Source: Octopus sinensis
Taxonomy: Eukaryota
Reading direction: 5' to 3'
DNA: 64,000 bases
NCBI RefSeq assembly: GCF_006345805.1
Contig: NC_043000.1
Location: forward strand, 33,418,001-33,482,000
Of this stretch, positions 1-13,443 are shown piece after piece. A model generated the notes under the pieces. That model searched no databases. It was not told where the DNA came from and worked only from the letters and a program-made list of their open reading frames with translations. Made by a program: the position numbers and the translations under genes. Each line of letters opens with the position of its first letter. The first letter of the stretch is position 1.

Positions 1-145
1 AACGTAAAACATTCGATATAAATTCTTATTAACCTAAAGGAAACTGATTTCTCATGATGTAATTGATTTGTTCATAAAAAAATACGTGTTTCAAACGTCT
101 GTAGGGTACCCTAACCCATTTGTGTTTTTACTTATATATATATAT

Positions 146-461
146 TTAGGAGAGGAAAAATTATAATAAGGCAGAATGCTAAATTGAAGGTAAATTTTAA
201 TAAAAATGGGTGTATGGAAAATTAAAAAACAAAAAAATAATAAATCAAACCGGCTTTCATACCAGGCAAATTTTCAAGATTTGGAAGGGGAAAAGAAATT
301 AAAAAAAAAATTCTTTTCCCTTTCCAAATCTTGAAAATTTGCCTTGCAATGAAAACCGGTTTGATTTATTATTTTTTCTTTTTTAATTTTCTATACACCC
401 ATTTTTATTAAAATTTACTTTCAATTTAGCATTCTGCCTTATTATAATTTTTCCTCCCTAA
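146..461. repeat. ~315-bp imperfect palindrome (two ~155-bp inverted arms, A-rich centre) between (TA)n tracts; Penelope pLTR-like fold-back
   Basis: 146-300 (TTAGGAGAGGAAAAATTATAATAAGGCAGAATGC...) is the reverse complement of 309-461 (...GCATTCTGCCTTATTATAATTTTTCCTCCCTAA) with a few mismatches. The Penelope assignment is inferred. Confidence 0.85.
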
Positions 462-504
462 TCATTTCTCCACGTGAGGTTAACACAACCCCATCATTTA
501 CTGA

Positions 505-543
<39 letters not shown>

Positions 544-576
544 GTGTGTGTGGCTGTGTGGTAAGAACTTTGCTTC

Positions 577-973
577 TCAACAACATATATACAAGTTGCA
601 TACAAGGCCAGTATAATGGATCGCAACAGAGTAACAAAGAGTGACGGGCAACTCGTTCAAGGAAAGATACATACAACACCTGGAGTCATTCAGGGACAAA
701 AATAAAAGACATTCAGCATCTCTCTCTAATATGATATGGACATTGAAAGAAGGAAAAATAAGTAACCCCCAGATAAAATGGAATATCATAGCTAAGGCCA
801 GAAAATACAATACTGTGGACGGGGTAGCAAATGTGAATTCTGCATCACTAAAAAACCAAATATACAGTCAAAAGATAACATCCGAAATACTAGGGATGGA
901 ACCTCTCCCTGCGTATACAAGCAATATTTCACACTTAAACACTTCAAGGAAGAGCCACCTTCCGCGCCGCTAA
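577..973 (+). pseudogene. Penelope-like element GIY-YIG endonuclease relic
   Basis: ORF 641-973 reads TGNSFKERYIQHLESFR...SASLSNMIWTLKE...IKWNIIAKARKY, matching the PLE pattern FKxRYxxHxxSF...LSxxIWxLK...IxWxI. A CxxC (TGTGAATTCTGC, ~833-843) follows in another frame. Confidence 0.8.
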
Positions 974-1373
974 CCCAATCAGGACAGTTTCTTTCTCTGA
1001 ACGTGAAAATTGAATGAAAATTCCCCCCTTGACGAACTACCTCAGTACACAAACACACAAACATCACATATACCCAGAATATAATAAAATGCAATGCAAA
1101 CAAATTTTACCATCCAATTTTCCTCCAAAGTCAAATTCAAGGGTGATAACCATTCAAAAGCTGTCACCCAAGAGTAGCGCTCCTTGGTTTATTGTTTTCT
1201 TTACGAGACTTTCCGCGATTTCTCGTGACTTTGGGCTTTCATCCGAAATGGAGACGAACACCATTCTTCCATGTAATTAGCACACACACACAAACACACT
1301 CATATATATTATCTTGTTACATCTCTCTCTAAAATGCATATGAGTGTATCAGATATATGTATCTCTCTCTCTC

Positions 1374-1419
<46 letters not shown>

Positions 1420-1728
1420 TGTACACACACACACAAATATATATATATATATATATACAGATATCTATATCTGTCTACCTATCTATCTATATATCTATCT
1501 ATCCATCTATTTATAGATATACATACACATAGGTGTGTGTATATGTGTATGTGCACTCAGTCTGATGGAAGCTGGTTCGTAATGAAACAGAGAGGAGAGG
1601 GAGGGAGAAAGAAGAGGGAGAGAGGAAGAGGGAGGAAGTGAGAGAGAGAGAAGGGAGAGAGAGTGAGAGAAAGAGTATTATAAGTACTAAAATTTTGAGG
1701 ATGTACCAGTCTCCATATTCTCTATCGT

Positions 1729-1842
<114 letters not shown>

Positions 1843-2078
1843 TACTCTTTTACTCTTATACTTGTTTCAGTCATTTGACTGCGGCCATGCTGGAGCAACG
1901 CCCTTACTCGGGCAGATCGACTCTAGGACTTATTCTTTGGAAGCCTAGTACGTATTCTATCGGTCTCTTTTGCCGAACCGCTAAGTAACGGGGACGTAAA
2001 CACACCACCGCCGTTGTCAAGCGATGTTTGTGGGGAAAAACACAGACCCACAAACCATATACACACATACATATATAT

Positions 2079-2116
<38 letters not shown>

Positions 2117-2197
2117 CCGGAGTAAACACATAAATGTGAAACAAGGTGGAAAAAAGAGTACTCAAATACCAGTGGTAGAGTAATATGCTTTATTAAA

Positions 2198-2242
<45 letters not shown>

Positions 2243-2366
2243 TACGACGTTTCCGTCTGCCAAATCAAGGCTTTGGTCGGCCCGAGGCTATTGTAGAAGA
2301 CACTTGTCCAAGGTGCCATGCAGTGGGAATGAACCTGGAACCATGTGGTTGGTAAGCAAGCTACTT

Positions 2367-4418
2367 TATTTCAAAATTTTGCCATAAAAGCATGACACAG
2401 AGGAGCTGACAAAACAAAACATTGATGAGACGAATGATGAAAAAGAATGATATTAATGAGAGAAGACAAAAAACGCCCGCCGATTTTTGCCTCTCTAAAA
2501 CATTATTCTTTTTTTTTATACACAGAAAAAAGAAAACGAAGTATTAAACCTCTTACTTCAGTTTTTACAATCAATGGACTTAATAGTCCATTACAAACTG
2601 AGGCGCTGAGCCCCTTACACACAATAACATACAATAAACATTTAGGCGCAAAAGCCTCTTTATCCTTCCTCCCCCGCCAGGCTGTATGCTTCCCGTAGGC
2701 AATGCTCCAGCTTCAGGTTGGGGCCCCAGAAGGCGAACCTAAACGGTTCCTTCGGGAAGGAGTCCAACACCCTGAACGCATCGACTTCCGATCTGTCCTC
2801 CGTAGTCACCTGCGGAGGCCAATCCGGGTCTTCAGTCCAGGGCATGGGCTCCTCCTTCAGGCCCTCTACCTTCCTTAAGAAGCTTTGTATTGCCTCTCCA
2901 TTATGGAAGAAGATAACAAAATTATCTCTCGTCGCGCTGGGAGGATCCACAGAATCCTCTGTCGGTGGCACACTTCCCACCGACAAAGTTTCAGGACATG
3001 CCGGCAGCGTACCATCAATCGCCGGCAATGTCCCGTTCTTTTTCTTTTTTTTCTCCCCTTTGCTACGGGAGGGTGTGGTACCTCCGCTTTATCCGGAGGA
3101 TCTTCCTCCCCTCCCAAGCTTTAGGGTCGTTCTGTGGGCAACCATTGTTTTCCATCATCTTTCTTTTCTTTCCTCTTTTTGAGGAGGTCTCCACCTCCTC
3201 GACTGCTTCCATCTCTCCCTCCAATGGGGGATCTGGGGGCGCTACTTTTATTAACTGCTCCAGGACCTTACCTTGGTCCTGGGAGAAGTTTTCTTAATGT
3301 AGCCCGGTTCCAGGCACAGGTGACACTTGGGTGGGGGCGTCCCTCAAGAATCATCGGATACCTAGAACTGGCCATCCTAAAAAACTCTGGAAACAACAGA
3401 TCATTGGCTGATTGGGTCCACAGGGTGAAAACTGCTTTCGACCCCACCCAATCAGCCGCAGGCAGAATTTTAACATTTAGGAGCTTGGCTCCGTTGCCAC
3501 CCATACCCTGGCGGATAGCGTCTTCTATCCACTCGGGTTCTATCCCGGGTGGTAGCCCACAGACTCAAGCTCTTGTTAATTTCTTCCCACCATATGTGGG
3601 AAGAAACAGAATTTTTTTCGCAAAATTGCGAGCCTCCTCAGGGGTGTCAAATAACAACCATACCGTTGCATATTTGACACTCCTTGCAATAAACTTAATA
3701 GTTGGCAGATATTCTGCCAACTCTTTCTCTATCTCAATTTAAGAGAACACAGTGATGGTGTCGAGGGACTTGCAATATATATCCTCAACAACACCGTTCT
3801 CCTGTTGAAGTCTTTTACCCAGTACTTGGGGGTACAATCTCCCACTTCATCGCAGTGTTTATCTTTTTTGCCATGCTTGCAGAAAAGAAAGGTCAGTCCA
3901 AAAAATATTCAAACAAAAAGTGCAAACAAAGTTCAAAAACACAAAAAAAGAACAGAAAGACAGAGCAGAGAAAAAGAATGAAGGAAGACAGTTCAAGCCA
4001 CGGCAACACAATTCCGGCTACTCGGTAATCCTGGCCCACAGGTATTCCAAAAAAATGGTACTTCACACAGGTACTCCAGGTCACAGTAGCAGCAGGAACA
4101 CACAAAAAATCCACCGCGAATTGGTCGAATTTTCAAAATTTTCACAAATTTTGGTTGCGAGACACGCCCACCAAACAACAATTCTCATAGATTAGTGAGT
4201 CACTTAGCGCGACTGCAGCAGACAAATGTCCGGGACCCAGTGAGGGTTTCTTATTCGAAAAAAGAAAAACAATGTAAAACAACAAAACCCCCACTGAATC
4301 CGCCCCAAAACAGATGCCTAACTTACAGTCGCGCCTTCAGTAATTCCTCAGTTCAGGACGGCTACAAAAGCCCGTCCTGACAGTATTCCGTGTGGAAGCA
4401 ACTAACAACCGCATGCGC
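2367..4418 (-). mobile_element. ORF1-only (HAL1-like) L1/Tx1-type non-autonomous retroelement with 16-bp TSD
   Basis: TSD GGTAAGC(A/G)AGCTACTT at 2351-2366 and 4419-4434. Contains a ~540-bp 5' region, one decayed ORF1 and a ~290-bp 3' region. No EN or RT motifs seen. Confidence 0.8.
2660..3874 (-). pseudogene. Disrupted L1/Tx1-type ORF1 (RRM-like region plus degenerate CCHC knuckle)
   Basis: ATG at 3874 (MAKKINTAMKWE). Segments VWLLFDTPEEARNFA, VCGLPPGIEPEWIEDAI and, across a frameshift, EGRP-PKCHLCLEPGYIKKTSP (CX2CX4HX4C-like). Stops and frameshifts present; ends at the 2660 stop. Confidence 0.75.
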
Positions 4419-4457
4419 GGTAAGCGAGCTACTTACCACACAGCCACTCCTGCCTGC

Positions 4458-4490
<33 letters not shown>

Positions 4491-4555
4491 TGTATGTATG
4501 TATGTATGTGTGGATGTATGTAGTATGCATGTATGTATGTATGTTATTCTCATTA

Positions 4556-4948
4556 GTGGAGGCGCAATGGCCCAGTGGTTAGGGCAGCGGACTCGCGGTC
4601 ATAGGATCGCGGTTTCGATTCCCAGACCGGGCGTTGTGAGTGTTTATTGAGCGAAAACACCTAAAGCTCCACGAGGCTCCGGCAGGGGATGGTGGTGATC
4701 CCTGCTGTACTCTTTCACCACAACTTTCTCTCACTCTTACTTCCTGTTTCTGTTGTACCTGTATTTCAAAGGGCCGGCCTTGTCACTCTCTGTGTCACGC
4801 TGAATATCCCCGAGAACTACGTTAAGGGTACACGTGTCTGTGGAGTCGTCAGCCACTTACACGTTAATTTCACGAGCAGGATGTTCCGTTGATTCGGATC
4901 AACCGGAACCCTCATCGTCGTAACCGACGGAGTGCTTCCATCATCATC
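4556..4948 (+). mobile_element. tRNA-derived SINE family C, full length
   Basis: A box TGGCCCAGTGG, B box GGTTTCGATTCC, (CAT)n tail, 13-bp TSD TATTCTCATTAGT (4545-4557 / 4949-4961). Confidence 0.9.
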
Positions 4949-5039
4949 TATTCTCATTAGTCATCTGATGATTGCTAATATTTTACCGAAAACACACAGG
5001 TCTGTCAAGAAATCATGAAACTTTCTGGGCATCCTTATT

Positions 5040-5260
5040 CAAGCTTCTCCTCTGATCGTCGTAAATATCCTAAATTCCCCAATATAAAACATTGTTTAAA
5101 TGCCAGCTGGCATTGGAGGACCTCGAATAGCTTTCTTCACCACATTATTCTGTTGGCATGGAAGGAAATACTACGTTGATGACCCTTACAGATTCTCCGA
5201 AACCGACTGCCCGATCGCCATGATTAACGTTCCTCTTGACCAACTTCAAGGTGACGTGTA
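5040..5260 (-). pseudogene. Possible decayed MULE transposase fragment
   Basis: Minus-strand pieces GFGESVRVINVVFP and FHANRIMW*RK loosely fit DFExA...FP...CxFHxxQxxWRK. Weak. Confidence 0.25.
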
Positions 5261-5671
5261 AACAAAGCCAACGTTAAATTATGTTTATTTTCCGTTGTGT
5301 AATAAAAAAAATCAATAGAAGCCTCGACTCTGTAACTGTGACATGTTTCTCTTTGCTGGAATCTATCGTGGTTTGTGATGGTGTTTTTTGAGGGGAACAA
5401 ACACCCACGACCTCTCGAATTTATACGCAGCAATTAGTTTGTTAGGAACAAAATAATGAGTGTGTGTGTGTGTGTTTGTGTGTGTGTAAAGGCATGCAAT
5501 TAGTCTGTGTGGTTGTTAATTACTTTTGTTAATTGCATTTTTAATCATTAGCAATAAGTACTATCATGCCATTATTCTCCTCTTCCTCCTCATCATCATA
5601 TCACCACCCCCGTCATCCCCACATATATCATGAACAATACTTTTACATCCAAAACTGTCATGTTAACAATT

Positions 5672-5872
5672 ACCACCACCACAACCACCACCACCACCAC
5701 CACACCACCACCACCACCACCACCACCACACCACCACCACCACCACCACCACCACCACCACCACCACCACCACCACCTCCACCACCACTATAACCGTTGT
5801 CTCTTCATAATCATCGTCATTATTATCGCTGTAATCGCCACAACCATCACCATAACCACTAACACCACCACC

Positions 5873-5910
<38 letters not shown>

Positions 5911-6128
5911 CCACCTTCCTTTGGTGTGAAAAGTGGGGAGGTGCAGTTCATTGCTGTAGACAAGAGAATAGAATCGACGTGTAACGTCAGGCCTCGCAGT
6001 CTACAAACTATGCAACGTCTTCTCGAAAGACGAATTTCGCCCTACAAAGCTCCAGCCTGAACTGCTACACACATACATTCACTTCTATACATGTCCCCCT
6101 GCCAGTCTACCTATCTATCTATCTATCT

Positions 6129-6189
<61 letters not shown>

Positions 6190-6376
6190 TCTTCTTTTTT
6201 TGTTCTTTTTTCCCTTTTACGATCCCTTTTGATCGAAAACCTACGCCACCTTTTTTTTTCTTCCCCAAAAGAAAAGCTCTACCTTGTAACTTGTCCCATC
6301 TGTGTGCAGCCCTGTGTGGCCAATAAAGAAACTTATCTATCTATCTATCTATTTCTCTCTCTCTCTCTCTTTCTCT

Positions 6377-6434
<58 letters not shown>

Positions 6435-6560
6435 CTGTGTCTATCTATCTATCTGTTTCTGTCTGTTTGTCTGTCTGTCTGTCTCACAATCTGTTTGTCT
6501 TTCTGTCTGCCTGTCTCTGTCACTGTCTCTCTCTCAATCTCACCCTCTCTCCCTATCTCA
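5672..6560. repeat. Microsatellite cluster (CAC)n, (CAT)n, (CTAT)n, (CT)n
   Basis: Directly visible. Explains the poly-H/P/T and YLSI ORFs. Confidence 0.95.
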
Positions 6561-8415
6561 AGCAACACAATCCTTCGTCTTTCAGTAGATTCCTCTCTCT
6601 CGTTACGTAACCTACGTACCTCTCATCTCAACAACAACAAAAAAGATGTTTAATATTTAAAGTTATAGACATCAATTTTTACTTTAAAATATATTGAATA
6701 AAAAACTGTTATATATATTGAAATTTTATTTATATATTTACAATAAATCTTATTTCTATTGATATTTTTTTTTTGAGTTCACAATAGAAGCAAATTTATT
6801 AACAACATATTTTTACATGAAGAAAAAAAAGAATAAAAAATATAAAAGATCAAATTCCCGAGAAAAAAAGAACCTATAACTGCCTCACCAAAAAGAAAAA
6901 AAAAAAGAAAAAAGAAAAAAAAACAGAGACAAAATAGAAAAAAGAAAAAGAAAAGCGGAAGGGGAATTATGCAGCAAAGGAGGGGGAGGGTAAGGAGTCA
7001 CGGGTTTAGCTGTGTCTCACAGACATGATTGCAAGGGTGCTGTTGCGAAGAATGGCCAGTGACTCTCGCTGCTACAATCACGCCATATCGTAGGGCCCAT
7101 TTCTCTGACGGACCACAGTTATCCTGATTTTGTGGAGGAAATATTTAGAATATAATGGAAATTATTGAATATCCAGTGTTCGGGCTCCATGAACGTCGTT
7201 TCTCACCCAGAAACACTTACTCCGATTGGAATTGATATTATAATGCATTGTTTAGTTTAACAGAACTAAATGGTAAAGTTGGTGCTAATTATTGGTGAAC
7301 AGAAGCCATTAAAAGAAAGAAATCTCTTGTTTTCTATGATGTCCCGACGAAAACAGACGACTGTGATTTATGTTTCTTTAAGCTTTTATTTGCTGAAACA
7401 TTCTTTGCGGTTTTGGTGGGGAAGAATCGATTCTGCTGTTTTATTTTATTCTTAGACACCATGAAGTACTCTTGAAGAAATCACAGAGAAGAATCAACCA
7501 GTTATCTAACTCTAGACTATACATACCCCCGCCACAAACATATACAGTAAATATTGTATGCATCTAAGCTATTTACCCATCAATCAAACATACACCGGAC
7601 AAACCTACTCTATATACGCCTATAACGTACATTCGGTGAATATTGCATAAATCTAGACTGTTCACCCATTCAACAAACATTCAATAAATATATCAGAGAC
7701 AGTTGAATATTAGGTCCAGTTCTATGACCCTCTTCCCCTAACCCAGTCAAATGGAATCGTCAATGTGTGGCATTTGTCATTCTAAGAAAGAACAGTTTGT
7801 TTAGTTGTAAGGAAAATGTGAATCAGAGTTCTGAGTCCCTTCTGGCACTTAGTTTTATTGTCTCCCCCGAGAAGAAATCGTTCCTCAAACAATTCTTATC
7901 AGCGTTCACGTGTTTGACTCGTTTCATATTCCACCAGGATGCTTGTAAAAGTCTCAGCTAATAGCAGATTATATTTTATGCAAGACAATTCCCTAACATC
8001 GTTATATCAATCGTTTAGGACAACTGAGGAATGCCTTTTTGGTGCTATGAGCTTCCATGATGCTTCAGGAGAGGCCGGATCTCACTTAACTAAAGTGAAA
8101 AACCGGCTTCTCTCTTAATCAAATCTGCTGTTTAGGATAGAAAATATTCATACTTTTTTCAGTTGAACATTGTTGAGAATTCATTATTGACAGACGTTTA
8201 ATTATTTGCTGTCGACAATATTTACTGTATATATATGTTGTAAGTATATATGGACTATGTGTGTGTGTGTGTGTGTGTGTATGTGTGTGTGTGTGTGTGT
8301 GTATATTATTGTATTTCGGGACGGTCATTTTTTTGGTCGAATAAACACACGCACTATATATATTTTCTTCACTCGTTTATTACTGTTCTTATTTTATTAT
8401 TCTAGCTCATGTCCA

Positions 8416-8462
8416 TTGTCCGGAAATGTTTCGTCACGCATCTGTGACCTCTTCAGCGACAT
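8416..8462 (-). ncRNA. Minimal type I hammerhead ribozyme motif
   Basis: Minus strand: TGTCG-CTGAAGA-G-GTCAC AGATGC GTGAC-GAAA-CATTTC-CGGACA. Intact core, stem II, TGTC/GACA stem I. Confidence 0.7.
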
Positions 8463-8771
8463 TTCTTTTCCGTGTGTGTTCTTGCTCCTCTTATTCCATT
8501 CTGTTCTTCTAAGATGTGTATCCTTGTGTGTGCATGTGTTTGTGTGCATGTGTTTGTGTATGTGTGTGTGTCATAGTTTTTAGCAGCAGTGTGGCCTGCC
8601 CCTCACCCCCATCCTCTCACGCCATTTTGCTGCTGCTGTCCTAAGACCCCTCCCCCTAAAAAGTAAAAAAAAATAAATATAGTACAGTTCCTGTATGCGC
8701 ACACAACGATACACATCTTAGAAGAACAGAATGGTTTGTAAGTGGAGCAAGAACACACACGAAAACGAAAA

Positions 8772-8818
8772 GTGTCACTGAAGAGGTCACAGATGTGTGA
8801 CGAAAGATTTCCAGACAA
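8772..8818 (+). ncRNA. Minimal type I hammerhead ribozyme motif
   Basis: TGTCA-CTGAAGA(8778-8784)-G-GTCACA GATG TGTGAC-GAAA(8802-8805)-GATTTC-CAGACA. Confidence 0.7.
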
Positions 8819-9011
8819 TGGACACGAATTAGAATAATAAAATATGTAAAATAATAAACGAGCGAAGAAAAAGTTTATAGTTTGTGTGTTTATTTGACAA
8901 AAAAAAAAAGAAAAAAGAAAGAAAGAAATGACAATCCTGAAATACAACAATATCTTTTTCAACACACGATTTCACATCTTGCAAAATGAATTGATATATA
9001 TATATATGTAT

Positions 9012-9090
<79 letters not shown>

Positions 9091-9348
9091 TAATATTCCC
9101 TGTATGTTCTAAGGGTACATAGTTTAGAGCTATACAATTTTCATTGTACGTTTGTTGCATGGGTGTATACATTTTCACTGTATGTATGTATGCATTTTGT
9201 AGGAGTATATAGTCTTCAATATAGACATCATATTTCTTTTTAATCATAAGATGCTGCCTTATGCGAATGTAAGAAACCGTTATTGACTCTGAGAGACCTT
9301 ATTTTCACGGAGACTAATAACATACTTGTAGAATTCCTCTTTGAAACT

Positions 9349-9402
<54 letters not shown>

Positions 9403-9414
9403 GAGACAAGGGAG

Positions 9415-9473
<59 letters not shown>

Positions 9474-9623
9474 AAGATAGATAGATAGATAGATAGATGG
9501 ATAGATAAATAGAGAGAGAGTTTTCGAAACCAATTATTAGTTCCCAAGCAACATTCCACCAACTTCAGTCCGAAATACAATTATAATCACTTCTCTTTCT
9601 TTCTTTCTTTCTTTCTTTCTTTT

Positions 9624-9689
<66 letters not shown>

Positions 9690-9699
9690 GTACGTATAT

Positions 9700-10680
9700 A
9701 CGTAAGATTAAGCAGTTTCTTTTCACTTCGATATAGACATGAACTTGTAACCTCTGGGTTTCTTCTATTCCAGAGACGACAGCTTAGCCAAACAGTTCAA
9801 GTCCTGCAACGACTCTGTCTTTGGATCCTCAAGGTGAATGCATTCCACTAATAACCACTTCTTAGAATAACGGAAATACATTTGCTACATCACAATCTGC
9901 GAGTTGAATTTTAATTAGCTCAAAGTAAAATTAAATCAAATTAAAATATGTAAATTAATAGTTTGTTTCGGTTGGTGCTTATACATTTTATTTTAGTTCC
10001 ATCCTCAGTGGGGAAACAGGATGAAAACCCGTCAGGAATTTTGTAATCTCAGCAAGTCTTGGAGAACTGAACTAATCGAAGATTCATGTTGACATCGTTA
10101 ATATTGAGCATGAGGATCAATATCCTTGATATTCTGCAAGTAACGAGAATTTCGGTATCACAAGTCATTGGAATCAAGAAATAAATCGAATGTCGATAAT
10201 ACGAGGCCATTCGGTGGATGTAGTAGAGATATTTGGGTAGTTTATAGATTTTATCCATCCTGGTAATTTCACTGGATTCTTTGATCGATAGAATAATGTA
10301 TTATGGGTCAATAATATGGCTAAGAGGGAGTAGAAACTTCCTTCTCAAAACCATCTGCAATATTTTATTGAAGGAGGTAACAAACTCTCTTTCCTCTATA
10401 TCAAATTCCTCAAGACTTCTACATCTTTCTAAGTTAATAAAAAAATCTAATCGCATTTGAAGAGCTACTGAGACAGCTTTCAACATTAGACAGCCCCAAA
10501 AGAAATGTTGTGACACGAGTGTGATAAATTTTCATTACGTGGTTTGAAAAGGGGAATGCGAATTCTTGATAAAAGTACTATTTAATAAGTCGTTTTGGTT
10601 ATCTTAGAAGAGTCTCTCGAAATCTCCTTCTGGAGAAGAGATTCTACACACAACGACAAACAGGCAGGCATTCCTGAACA
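9700..10680 (-). pseudogene. Highly decayed LINE RT region (CR1/Jockey-like)
   Basis: Minus-strand remnants resemble SVALDxxKAF (~10460), GxVLSxxLFLI (~10190) and the C-terminal RRxVA region (~9890). Confidence 0.45.
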
Positions 10681-11099
10681 TGTTTCGATGATCAAAATAC
10701 AGTGTTTGAATGCATTATATTCACTCTTAATGTATATGTCAATGTGTATATTAATAAATATATGTCATTGTATATATTAACGAATATATATTAATGTATA
10801 TTTTTTAAAATTAATTTTTGGCAGAAACAACAGAATGATTGAAGGGCCTAGAGTTTCGTAGGTCAGCACTTAGCAAACTTATCGCCAAACTTGTATGTTA
10901 ATGAATACATATCAATGTATATAAATAAATATTCACTTTTTATGATGGAAACATTGTCACTAGTCATGTGTTCTACACATTTAAGTCCTTTTTTTCTATT
11001 AGAAATTGTATTACATTGTTTCAAATTCTCGTTTGTGACAAGTTGGAGAAATAACTTATAAACATCGTCTGTTTAACGTTTCTATAAAACATTTAGACA

Positions 11100-11640
11100 T
11101 GCAATTAATCAATAACTATGAAAATGTTTGTTATTTGAAGCAAGACCTGATCATGTTACGACACGACAGAGGTTGTCGATTTAACGTTTTGTAGCAACCC
11201 ATAATTCCAACAACAGAGACATGTCAAATTTTAGCGTACTTTGAGACTATTCCACACATCCACCACAATTCAAAAGATGACTGTGTGGAGTGCCGTGCGG
11301 AATTTGAGTCATCTCTCCGTATATAATTGGGAAGGTGGAAAAGATGTCCACAGTGCAGAGACTCATAGTGGACAGAGTCATGTGTATTGATCTCCATTGT
11401 TTAGAAACCCCTTAAGTGGTTTCTGTTTATTTCTGTCACACTATCAAGGTATTCCTCTATAATTCCAACAAAAGTCTTCAAAATGGTAATGACATGCTTC
11501 ATTCTCTGAAAAAGTAAATCTCTGACAAAAGAGGCCATCGATTCGTGACAGACCTCGATCGACGCCATTTTCTTGTCTGAGAGTTCACTCGAGTCAAAGA
11601 AATTCATTAATAAATACAAATACAAAGTCTTTGAACATGT
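11100..11640 (-). pseudogene. Highly decayed LINE RT fragment
   Basis: Minus-strand remnants resemble YGFRxxRST (~11560) and IYxYADDS (~11310). Confidence 0.35.
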
Positions 11641-11652
11641 CAAAACATATAG

Positions 11653-11800
11653 GCTGCATGCTAAGAAGTATGTTTCCCAACTACATGGTTCCGGGTTCAG
11701 TCCCACAGCGTGGCATCTTGGGCAAGTATCTTCTACTATAGCCTAGGGTCGACCAAAGCTTTGTGAGTGGATTTGATGGAGGGAAGTTGCAAGAATCCGT

Positions 11801-11803
<3 letters not shown>
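11653..11803 (+). mobile_element. SINE family A, 5' half
   Basis: CATGGTTCCGGGTTCAGTCCCAC...GTGAGTGGATTTG followed by (TA)n(TG)n. Confidence 0.85.
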
Positions 11804-11884
<81 letters not shown>

Positions 11885-11925
11885 GAGTGTATGTATGTAT
11901 ATATGTATGTATATATGTATGTATA

Positions 11926-11966
<41 letters not shown>

Positions 11967-12180
11967 CTATATATATACATATATACATACATACACACAC
12001 ACACAAACACACACACACACACACACACACACCACACACACACACACACACACAAAGATTGTATTTGTTATGTGTGAGTTGGTTGATTTCTTTTTCTGAA
12101 AATCCAAACTTATCCAAATTGTCACTTAGGCATTTGCTCACAAAATGAAAGGCACCAATCATTGTTGCTATACATATGAA

Positions 12181-12866
<686 letters not shown>

Positions 12867-13037
12867 TCCTCATCTCTGAAATATAGAACTGAATTATAGG
12901 AATTTATAATCAGCATATAGTAGCTGCAAGTTCCGAAACAATTGTTCATAGTTATGTATGTATGTATGTATATATACATGTGTGCGTGTGTTATATATGT
13001 ATGTATATATAGATGTATGCATATATAGACACACATA

Positions 13038-13210
13038 GGCGCAGGAGTGGCTGTGTGGTAAGTAGCTTGGTTACCAACCACATGGTTCCGGGTTCAGTCC
13101 CACTGCGTGGCACTTTGGACAAGTGTCTTCTACTATAGCCTCGGGCCGATCAAAGCCTTGTGAGTGGATTTGGTAGACGGAAGCTGAAAGAAGCCTCGTT
13201 ATATATATAT

Positions 13211-13283
<73 letters not shown>

Positions 13284-13443
13284 TCTGTGTGTTCATGTCC
13301 CCGTAACATTAGCGGTTCAGCAAAAGAGACCGATAGAATAAGTACTAGGCTTACAAAGTCCTGGGGTCGATTTGCTCGACTAAAGGCGGTGCTCTAGCAT
13401 GGCCGCAGTCAAATGACTGAAACAAGTAAAAGAGTAAGAGAGT
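13038..13443 (+). mobile_element. SINE family A, near full length
   Basis: GGCGCAGGAGTGGCTGTGTGGTAAG head, GGTTCAGTCCC B box, internal (TA)n, tail ...GACTGAAACAAGTAAAAGAG. Confidence 0.9.

Larger units (their letters stand above)
1844..4456 (-). mobile_element. tRNA-derived SINE family A, split by a 2-kb insertion (SINE parts 1844-2366 and 4419-4456)
   Basis: Same head, internal microsatellite and tail as the intact copies at 13038 and 43884. The head continues across the insertion. Confidence 0.9.
8303..8953. mobile_element. Diverged inverted pair of ~230-250-bp pLTR-like units, each with a hammerhead motif
   Basis: 8303-8533 is the reverse complement of 8695-8953 with scattered substitutions and indels, separated by a ~160-bp spacer. 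Confidence 0.85.

Noticed and set aside
2718-3742. Plus-strand ORFs of 154 and 202 aa
   Set aside because: They are antisense shadows of the minus-strand ORF1 pseudogene.
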